Assembly (NCBI GenBank): GCA_046497165.1
Contig: JAWOGE010000327.1
Coordinates: 1-15,557, forward strand
DNA: 15,557 nt
Direction: 5' to 3'
From: a bacterium
GTDB lineage: Bacteria > UBP6 > UBA1177 > JAWOGE01
Shown in pieces: positions 8,880 to 15,557 of the stretch. The notes under the pieces were generated by a model. It was not told where the DNA came from, did not search any database, and was given only the letters and a program-made list of their open reading frames with translations. Made by a program: the position numbers and the translations under genes. The first letter of the stretch is position 1. Each line of letters begins with the position of its first letter.

Positions 8880-9500
8880 ATGACAAGGGACAGCTGCAGA
8901 AAAAGTTTTTATATAAAAAAATCGAAACAGATACTCTGTCGTAATGAGATATTAACCATGGAGGCTTTAGCCCGTGAGACCGGCATTTCAGCTCCTTCTC
9001 TTTATAAGTTTTTTTCTTCCCGCGAATCTCTTTTGTCCTCCGTTTATAACTGCTTTATGAAAGAGATTGAAAGTCTGATAAATTTTTCTGATAAATACAA
9101 AAATCCCGAAAAGGAATTTCAGATCTTAATATTAAAGCTCTCGGAGTATTATGAAAAATATCCTTTTGCAGTCAATCTTCTTATCTTCAACGAAAAGAAT
9201 CCTGCGTTTAAAAATGAGGAGTTTTTTTTGATTTTAAAAAAAATAAAGCAAACTGTTATAAAACGAATTCTAAAATGTGCCGAATACAATGGCATATCAT
9301 CAGAAAAAATTAACAGTGAGATGTATTTTTACATATTATCAGCTCTATTTTACGGAGCATTTTCAATGCCGGGAAACAACCACAAAACAAAATCTGAAGA
9401 GATTTCAAAAACTTTTTTGAAAATCTTATCTGAATCGTTCGATTCTGAGTTGGAAAACACGGGAAAGAAATCTGATTCAGAAGAGTTACACAAAATTTGA
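8880..9500 (+). CDS. TetR/AcrR-family transcriptional regulator
   Basis: The N-terminal HTH-like segment EILTMEALARETGISAPSLYKFFSSRESLL fits the TetR_N pattern. The C-terminal region is helical and variable, ending in an acidic Ser-rich tail. A stop codon 24 nt upstream in frame fixes 8880 as the first ATG. Confidence 0.75.
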   Translation: MTRDSCRKSFYIKKSKQILCRNEILTMEALARETGISAPSLYKFFSSRESLLSSVYNCFMKEIESLINFSDKYKNPEKEFQILILKLSEYYEKYPFAVNLLIFNEKNPAFKNEEFFLILKKIKQTVIKRILKCAEYNGISSEKINSEMYFYILSALFYGAFSMPGNNHKTKSEEISKTFLKILSESFDSELENTGKKSDSEELHKI

Positions 9501-9605
9501 GGTTCACCCGAAGGTTAATAGGCGATTTTTGTAATCTTCAGCCTGAAAAACTCTATTAAAACGAATTTCTCTAAACGACTTCAGTATGAACACAAAGCTT
9601 TTTCA
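9428..9605 (+). repeat. Copy 2 of the duplicated TetR 3'-end/flank block, with a ~48-nt insertion relative to copy 1
   Basis: Same comparison as the feature at 12-142. The block covers the last ~23 codons of the TetR gene, its TGA stop and about 100 nt of the convergent intergenic region. Confidence 0.8.
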
Positions 9606-9619
9606 GAATGGTATAAATT

Positions 9620-11638
9620 TTACTTCTTATCAAGCATTCTTCTCAAAGCTTCAGAAAGAGAAGCTCTTAACAAAGGTTTTTTCAGAACAGTGACTTCGTC
9701 CCTCTTTTTTTTCATCAGGCGTTCAGGCGGATTTTCACCATATCCTGTGATATATATAACTGGGATATTCGGCCTGATATCACGCAGTTTTTCCACAAAT
9801 TCCGGACCGGTAAGTTCCGGCATTGTTATATCAGATATTATAATATCAAAACTTTCAGGCGATTCTCTGAATTTTTCCAACGCTTTTTTACTGTCTGTGT
9901 ATGCGGTAGCATCGTATCCCATCTCTGAAAGCATGCAGGCGGTAATCTCGGCAACATTTTCATTGTCGTCAAGTAACAACACAGATTCTTCGCCGCGTTT
10001 TACAGAAAGCTCAACGGAAGGCGACTGCTCTTCAGGAAAGGTTTCCGTAAGAGGTAGATATATCTCCACCGATGTTCCTTCGCCGGGTTCGGATTTTATT
10101 TCCATATTACCGCCATGATCAGAAATTATACCGTGAACCACTGACAAACCCAAACCTGCTCCACCATCTTTTTTAGTTGTAAAAAACGGCTCGGGGGCAC
10201 GCTCTGCAGTTTTACGATCCATTCCTTTTCCATTATCTTTTACCGTAAGCTTTAAAAAACCTTTTCTGTTTTTTTCATGTTCAAAATCATCATCATCTTT
10301 GTCAACAGTGACAGTTACTTCACCTTTACCTTCAAAAGAGTGAAAAGAGTTGGTACACAAATTGACAACAACCTGATGTATCTGAACCGGATTACCGTTT
10401 ATCATTCCTGAAGAAGTATCTATCTTATCTTTAATTAAAACGGATGAAGGCAATGCATGACGCACAAGACCGATGGCATCTCTGACAACTTCAGCCAGAT
10501 TCATGGATTTTTTTTCAGTATACTTTCCTTTGCTGAATGTCAGGAGCTGCTCGACAAGTTCTCCGGCTCTGGAAGCACTTTCCAATATTTTATCAAAACA
10601 CCGGCGTATTTCAGAATTTTCTTCAGCTTTTGAACGGCCCATATCTGCAAAACCCATAACAGGCATTAGTATATTGTTGAAATCATGAGCTATGCCACCC
10701 GCAAGTGTACCAAGGGTCTCCATCTTCTGAGTCTGCTTCAAATGAATTTCAAGCTTTTTTCTCTCCTCTTCAGCCTTTTTCCTTTCGGTTTCATCAAAAA
10801 CAAACCCTACCAGATGAGAAATTTCACCATAACTGTTTCTCACAGCTCGTCCCTCTTCATAAACAAAACGAATGGAACCGTCAGCGTGAACAAGCCTGTA
10901 ATTGATTCTCCAGGGTTCATCCGTTTGAAGCTTTTCGGCAACTTTATCCGCCATATTTTTTTGATCATCAGGATAAATTATACTGGCATAGGAACGAACC
11001 CTGTTATCAATGAAATCTGAAAAAGGATAGCCTGAAATTTCTTTTATCTGAGGCCCTATATAGTTCATAGTCCATTGCTCATCAAAAGCACAGCTGTATA
11101 TGGCACAAGGCACTGTTTCCGCAACCATTCGATAGTTTTCTTCGCTTTTTGCAAGAGCATCTTCAACTTTTACACGCTCGGTAACATCCGTTACCATTGT
11201 AATAAGAAGTTTTCTGCCGTCTGCCAACTTACCGAGAGGTGATGAATTGAAATCCCAGATACGCCTGTCTCCGAACTTGGTTACAATTGCACTTTCACCA
11301 TGAGATACCGGTTGTTCAATATCAAAAAGACTCTGCAGTTCCTCTCTGATTTTCTTCATAACAGCAGGCCTGTCAACATAAGCCATTTTCAACCATTCTT
11401 CCACCACGGGAACATCTTCAACAGTGTAACCGCTTATATCTGACCAGGCATCATTGAGCATTACAACTTCTCCATCTTCCGCATATATCATACAGGGAAG
11501 AGGAGCCCCCATTATTATGTTATAGTAGCGACGCTCATTTTCACCTATATCAAAAACTCTCTTTCTGAGAATTGATATTGTTTTTTCAAGCTCACTAATC
11601 TTTTTTTCATGCTCTGTTAAAGAGATAGTTTTTCGCAT
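9620..11638 (-). CDS. Cytoplasmic hybrid sensor histidine kinase (PAS-PAS-HisKA-HATPase_c-REC)
   Basis: H-box LAGGIAHDFNN and the N/G-box region DNGKGMD...GGAGLGLS are present. The C-terminal receiver has LLLDDN...IISDITMPELTG...K. No hydrophobic TM segments are seen, and PAS-like repeats occupy the N-terminal half. Confidence 0.9.
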   Translation of the reverse strand: MRKTISLTEHEKKISELEKTISILRKRVFDIGENERRYYNIIMGAPLPCMIYAEDGEVVMLNDAWSDISGYTVEDVPVVEEWLKMAYVDRPAVMKKIREELQSLFDIEQPVSHGESAIVTKFGDRRIWDFNSSPLGKLADGRKLLITMVTDVTERVKVEDALAKSEENYRMVAETVPCAIYSCAFDEQWTMNYIGPQIKEISGYPFSDFIDNRVRSYASIIYPDDQKNMADKVAEKLQTDEPWRINYRLVHADGSIRFVYEEGRAVRNSYGEISHLVGFVFDETERKKAEEERKKLEIHLKQTQKMETLGTLAGGIAHDFNNILMPVMGFADMGRSKAEENSEIRRCFDKILESASRAGELVEQLLTFSKGKYTEKKSMNLAEVVRDAIGLVRHALPSSVLIKDKIDTSSGMINGNPVQIHQVVVNLCTNSFHSFEGKGEVTVTVDKDDDDFEHEKNRKGFLKLTVKDNGKGMDRKTAERAPEPFFTTKKDGGAGLGLSVVHGIISDHGGNMEIKSEPGEGTSVEIYLPLTETFPEEQSPSVELSVKRGEESVLLLDDNENVAEITACMLSEMGYDATAYTDSKKALEKFRESPESFDIIISDITMPELTGPEFVEKLRDIRPNIPVIYITGYGENPPERLMKKKRDEVTVLKKPLLRASLSEALRRMLDKK

Positions 11639-11684
11639 TTTTATCCCGTATATTTTTTAATGAAAACAAACAAATCCATTCATA

Positions 11685-11712
11685 ATTATAATGACTTTTT
11701 ATTATAAAACAA
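11685..11712 (-). promoter_or_regulatory. Candidate sigma70 promoter for the hybrid HK (minus strand: TTGTTT, 16-nt spacer, TATAAT)
   Basis: Perfect TATAAT on the reverse complement, about 45 nt upstream of the HK ATG. The -35 is weak. Confidence 0.3.
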
Positions 11713-11784
11713 TTTTTCTGAAATCAGATCACTTATTGTAATCTGAAGAGTGTTTTTTCTTGTCGGTAAAAGCGATTACATTCG

Positions 11785-12027
11785 TCAATCTGTTCTGAAG
11801 TTTTTAACTTTTTGAATGAATTTTCTGGCATTCATATTAGGAAAAACTTTAGAATGAGTCACAAATTTTCTTACTCTCTTCTCTGAAGGCGTAACAGTTA
11901 TTTTTTCGGGCGACTCTGTTCTGGTAAAAACAAACACTCTGTTGCACATATAAGTTGACTTATCACCATCGTCATTTTTTATAAAAGTGATATCAAGCGG
12001 TTCTCCGTTTAGATACAAAAAAAACAT
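11785..12027 (-). CDS. Small hypothetical protein (80 aa), no recognisable domain
   Basis: An ORF in the intergenic gap between the HK and SPFH genes, co-oriented with both. GGGAG lies just upstream of the ATG, but the spacing is short. No motif recognised. Confidence 0.35.
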   Translation of the reverse strand: MFFLYLNGEPLDITFIKNDDGDKSTYMCNRVFVFTRTESPEKITVTPSEKRVRKFVTHSKVFPNMNARKFIQKVKNFRTD

Positions 12028-12064
12028 ACTCCCTGTTGCTGTAAAATTCTACAAGAGAATCCTA

Positions 12065-12253
12065 TTTTTTATCGGGATTTAAAATCACCGGCATTCCCGT
12101 TCCTTTTTCTGAGGTAGGCATTACTATGAAAGTGGTGTTCTTGGAATCCACAAGATTTTTATATATATCGATGGCTCTGTATTGAATGTACTGCGGTGAA
12201 AGTGTCTTATTGATAATCTCCTGGCGTTTTGAAATTCCTTTTGCCTCTATTTC
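12065..12253 (-). other. In-frame continuation of the SPFH gene past the TAG: 63 codons encoding the conserved SPFH C-terminus (EIEAKGISKRQEIINKTLSPQYIQYRAIDIYKNLVDSKNTTFIVMPTSEKGTGMPVILNPDKK*)
   Basis: The same frame stays open for 189 nt after the TAG. Its translation matches the characteristic C-terminal pattern of SPFH/prohibitin-family proteins (...L.P.Y..Y.....L...........IVMP.....). The next stop (TAG) is at 12062-12064. Confidence 0.6.
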
Positions 12254-12955
12254 CTAGATTTCAGCTGTTTTTTCAGCTATCTCTTTTCTATATTCCATTT
12301 CATCGGATTCCTGTTTGGTTTTCATCTTTCGAGATATGGCTTCCTCCACCTGATTAGGCAACTTTATACTCCGTATAAGAACTTTGTTCAGAACCAGATT
12401 TTTTTCCTCTATTATGTTCTTCATTCTTTCTATGGCTGTATTGGTAAATTGATCCCGTTTTCCGGTATAAAGTTCTTCCATTGTGAACTGAACAGCCACA
12501 TCCCGCATAACAGCACGGGTTGCAGGACGAAGTATCTTTGGTTCAATTTCACGGGAATCCTTTGCTATTTTTCTGTATATGGTAAAAGCTTTTGTTTCAT
12601 CAATATACCACCATACGGTCATATCTATTCTGACACTTATTCCATCAGATGTTTTTATGTCTATGGCATCATCACCCTTTACGCTACCTCTGTCAGCTTG
12701 AGAACTCATGGTATACTCCTGAATTCTCACAGGATAACGGACAACCTTTATCATAGGATTGACTATACTAAGTCCGTCCTCTATAATATAGCTCTGAACT
12801 TTTCCAAAAAGGACAGGAACTCCTATCTCACCGGAATCCACAATAACAATTGATGATTTGAGCACAAACAGACCCACCACAACTATTACGATCAGAATGA
12901 TCTTCCAAAGATGTTTTTTGTTGAAATTAGCTTTTACTACATTGTTTGATGTCAT
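12254..12955 (-). CDS. SPFH/band-7 (stomatin/prohibitin/HflC-like) membrane protein, N-terminal 233 codons up to an in-frame TAG
   Basis: N-terminal TM helix (WKIILIVIVVVGLFVL) followed by an SPFH core. RBS GGGAG is 8 nt upstream. The start overlaps the upstream gene's stop (ATGA). The ORF ends at a TAG (plus-strand CTA at 12254-12256), but homology continues beyond it; see the next feature. Confidence 0.85.
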   Translation of the reverse strand: MTSNNVVKANFNKKHLWKIILIVIVVVGLFVLKSSIVIVDSGEIGVPVLFGKVQSYIIEDGLSIVNPMIKVVRYPVRIQEYTMSSQADRGSVKGDDAIDIKTSDGISVRIDMTVWWYIDETKAFTIYRKIAKDSREIEPKILRPATRAVMRDVAVQFTMEELYTGKRDQFTNTAIERMKNIIEEKNLVLNKVLIRSIKLPNQVEEAISRKMKTKQESDEMEYRKEIAEKTAEI

Positions 12956-14673
12956 TTTCTTCTCCCTTTGCTGTCATCAGAAAAATTTTTTAAAATAATT
13001 TTTTTCTCTTTAACTATTAAGCTACTGTTCTTATCCTTAACTTTCCAGTTTTCTTCATGAAAGTTTTTTATGATTTTTTTTTCAGAAACATAGCGTACAA
13101 TCATATCACGAATTCCTTTGTCTGAAATGGAAACTATTCTTTCTGAAAACTTTTTTCCGTTGATGCCGGCTCCTTTGGAAATTAATTTTCCACCGTCGTT
13201 CGCATGATATGAATCAATGGCAACTTTGTATTTTTTCCTCTTAGAAAAAGGCTTTCCGTTTACTGAGTGTATAGATACATCCGGTTTTAATTGTTTTTTA
13301 GTATTAACAGTATATTTCATACCTGAAGCGGACATAAAGTTGTAAAATTTATTTTCAAGACAGAAAGAACCTTTTATTTCACTGTTTTTTCCTTTTCTAC
13401 ATGAGTTTTTTATCTTCAGAAAATACTTTTCTTCAGAACTGTCGAACCATTTTTCAACCGAGAAATCCAGGAGATTTTTAATTTCATAACCATACATTGA
13501 AACAATATAAAGATAATTGTGAAAAGGATATATCTCAAAAATATCTCTGTTTGTAATTTTTCCTGAAATTTTTGTATCAAATGCTATAGGAGCAGAAAGT
13601 GATATATCCGCATCTGAATTTTCAAGCATTACATCATGTATGAGTTTCATGTAGCGACTGTCTCCGAAAAGTGCTGAAACCGCTGTTATCTCTCCTTCAA
13701 CATATCCGATTTTTATATCTTCATACTTTTCAACAAGTTTTTTCAATATGGCAAAGGTTTCATCAAAATGTGGATCGGCAGGATACTCTTCGAGAGAAAA
13801 AATATCGGATTTTATGTTTGAAATAGATTTTCCGTCATAATCAAAACTGAATACGGCTGCATTTTTTGCATAGGCTCCGGGGTTGAGTACATGAGTTTTT
13901 TTTCCACTCTCATTTTTAACAGTCTTTGACAGGACCTTATGATCATGACCGAGAAACACCACATCAAAAACAGCTTCATTTTGAATGTAATCCATCACAA
14001 AATCTTCAGAACCTATGTGAAACAAACCCACCATAAGATCGTATTCGATATTGTTTTTAAGATTTTTCAGCGTTCTGTCCATAGCCTTTTCAAAGACTTC
14101 AAAATGTAATTTTCTGCGTTTTTTCGGAGGAATTGAAAACATGGAAGAAACAACACTGCTACCTGCGACAACAATTTTCAACTCTTCTACTTCAATTATA
14201 TGCCAGGGATTGAAATAAAGCTCTCCCGATTTTTTATCCAGTATGTTTGAAGAAAGCCAGGGAAAGGAAAAATCTTTAGAAAGATTTGAATAGAACTCTT
14301 CTCCATGTTCTATCTCGTGATTCCCCACTGAAGCGGCTTCATATCCCATGTAATCCATCATTAAGGCAACGGGGTTTCTGTCATAATCGGAAGAAAAATT
14401 GTTGATAAGAATATTTCCCGGACTTCCCTGCATCATGTCACCATTATCAAGAACAACAACTTTTCTTTCAGATTCAAGATTTTTTATAAAAGATGAAACC
14501 TGAGAAAGAGAACCATCCCCGCTGTTTTCACGGTAAAAAAAACGGCCGTGAACATCACTTGTAACAACTATGGAAACAGTTTCTATTTCGTTTTTTTCTC
14601 TTTTTTTGAGGCAGGATACATCTGAAAACAAAATCAGCAGAAATATTGTTGCAAAAACGGTTGCTTTTGTCAT
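12952..14673 (-). CDS. Secreted 5'-nucleotidase / UshA-CpdB-like bimetallic metallophosphoesterase
   Basis: N-terminal signal peptide (MTKATVFATIFLLILFSDVSC). Calcineurin-like motifs DVHG, GDMMQGS and GNHEIEHG are present, plus the long C-terminal substrate-binding domain typical of the 5'-NT family (573 aa). Start and stop overlap the flanking genes by 4 nt (ATGA). Confidence 0.85.
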   Translation of the reverse strand: MTKATVFATIFLLILFSDVSCLKKREKNEIETVSIVVTSDVHGRFFYRENSGDGSLSQVSSFIKNLESERKVVVLDNGDMMQGSPGNILINNFSSDYDRNPVALMMDYMGYEAASVGNHEIEHGEEFYSNLSKDFSFPWLSSNILDKKSGELYFNPWHIIEVEELKIVVAGSSVVSSMFSIPPKKRRKLHFEVFEKAMDRTLKNLKNNIEYDLMVGLFHIGSEDFVMDYIQNEAVFDVVFLGHDHKVLSKTVKNESGKKTHVLNPGAYAKNAAVFSFDYDGKSISNIKSDIFSLEEYPADPHFDETFAILKKLVEKYEDIKIGYVEGEITAVSALFGDSRYMKLIHDVMLENSDADISLSAPIAFDTKISGKITNRDIFEIYPFHNYLYIVSMYGYEIKNLLDFSVEKWFDSSEEKYFLKIKNSCRKGKNSEIKGSFCLENKFYNFMSASGMKYTVNTKKQLKPDVSIHSVNGKPFSKRKKYKVAIDSYHANDGGKLISKGAGINGKKFSERIVSISDKGIRDMIVRYVSEKKIIKNFHEENWKVKDKNSSLIVKEKKIILKNFSDDSKGRRK

Positions 14674-15506
14674 TCCAGAACTGTCCGTTCCATGAGAGGA
14701 ATTATGTGGTCAGCTACAAGCTCATGTCCGGCAGCATTCCAATGTACATCACCTTTTATGAAATAATTTCTGTAAACTTTTCTAGTGTTTTTTTCATTTA
14801 TGAAAAGAGGAAATAAGTTTATAAATTCTACATCTCTTTTTTTGCAGAAATCACGCCAGCTTTCCACATGAACGGATTCAAGCTGACGGCTTAATATCTG
14901 GTCGGGCCAGGGATGAATTGAAAGATGAAGAGTTATATTGTTATCTTCAAGAAGGCGGTAGAGTTTATCCATATATTTCAGAGCCAAATCAAGCCCTTTT
15001 TCACCCCAGCGTTCAAACTCTTTTTCATTCAGTGTCCACTCCGACTTGAGTTTATAAAATCTGTCAACTCCGCCCCAGAATGAAGAACGCTCATGATAGG
15101 GGTTTTTCTGTATATATTTATACCGCAATTTAAGTTTCATATATATGTATGAATGTCTGAAAAAAAACCTGGAAACAGCATGAAGAATCTTATTGGAAGG
15201 CTCTTCGGGAGTAAAATATTCATAGACCACTTCATCCTGTATGTCTGAAACATCAAGAAAAAGATACAGATGATCCAGCTCCAGACCTCTCTTTTCAATA
15301 AAATATTTCATCTTCAGATAATAAAGCTTTGGAGAATAGCTTACCGCCGCCGCATTGAGAATTTCTATGTCATGTTCTTTAAAATGTTCATGAACAATAC
15401 CTGCAAAGGTTTCCTCAAAAGAGCACCCCACTCCCTCCGTAAAAGAGTCTCCCATTAGAACAACCCGTTTCCCATGAGTTTTAAGCGGAACTTCTCTTCT
15501 TTCCAT
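14670..15506 (-). CDS. SGNH/GDSL-family hydrolase (lipase/esterase-like); the 5' end may lie beyond the window
   Basis: Block I VVLMGDSFTEG (GDS nucleophile motif) and block V GDVHWNAAGHELVADHI (DxxH) are present. The reading frame stays open upstream of the first ATG to the window edge, and no convincing RBS precedes 15506. The true start is therefore uncertain. Confidence 0.75.
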   Translation of the reverse strand: MERREVPLKTHGKRVVLMGDSFTEGVGCSFEETFAGIVHEHFKEHDIEILNAAAVSYSPKLYYLKMKYFIEKRGLELDHLYLFLDVSDIQDEVVYEYFTPEEPSNKILHAVSRFFFRHSYIYMKLKLRYKYIQKNPYHERSSFWGGVDRFYKLKSEWTLNEKEFERWGEKGLDLALKYMDKLYRLLEDNNITLHLSIHPWPDQILSRQLESVHVESWRDFCKKRDVEFINLFPLFINEKNTRKVYRNYFIKGDVHWNAAGHELVADHIIPLMERTVLE

Positions 15507-15557
15507 GTCTCTGAACCCCAGTGAATTGGTTTTTACGGGAGGGCGGAGCGCGCTACA

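Noticed and set aside
9545-9598. CTGAAAAA ... TTTTTCAG 8-bp inverted repeat separated by ~38 nt between the TetR and HK stops, as a bidirectional terminator
   Set aside because: The stem is AU-only and the loop is very long, so the predicted stability is poor. It sits partly inside the copy-2-specific insertion of the duplicated block and is not conserved in copy 1.
12254-12256. In-frame TAG in the SPFH gene as evidence of TAG-to-sense genetic-code reassignment (e.g. pyrrolysine)
   Set aside because: The sigma54-EBP gene terminates cleanly at a TAG (6202-6204), with no conserved sequence beyond it. No other gene in the window contains in-frame TAGs. TAG is therefore a normal stop here.
15530-15557. 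Abruptly GC-rich final ~25 nt (GGGAGGGCGGAGCGCGCTACA) in an otherwise AT-rich window
   Set aside because: It lies inside the still-open SGNH reading frame at the window edge and is too short to interpret. It could be real N-terminal coding sequence or a contig-end artefact. No claim can be supported.

Overview
This is an AT-rich bacterial chromosomal segment with standard-code stops (TAA, TGA and TAG all terminate genes here). The plus strand carries the 3' tail of a TetR-like regulator gene cut by the window edge, then a tightly packed glyQ-glyS-ppdK housekeeping operon behind a near-consensus sigma70 promoter. Converging on it from the minus strand are a hotdog-fold thioesterase gene and a sigma54 enhancer-binding protein gene (GAF-GAF-AAA+-HTH) separated by one nucleotide. 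A second TetR-family regulator gene lies on the plus strand, convergent with a soluble PAS-PAS hybrid histidine kinase. The rest of the minus strand holds a small hypothetical ORF and an overlapping-gene operon of SGNH/GDSL hydrolase, secreted 5'-nucleotidase-like metallophosphoesterase and SPFH/band-7 protein. I found no rRNA, tRNA, CRISPR or mobile element. The observations that need follow-up are: (1) the SPFH gene is cut by an in-frame TAG, yet a clearly conserved 63-codon C-terminus continues in frame; (2) about 100-170 nt spanning the TetR 3' coding end and its flank is duplicated 9.4 kb apart at about 94% identity; (3) a 14-nt palindrome from that duplicated block (GAATCGTTCGATTC) recurs a third time, 13/14 identical, 5 nt upstream of the glyQS -35 box; (4) the SGNH-5'NT-SPFH gene combination is non-canonical.
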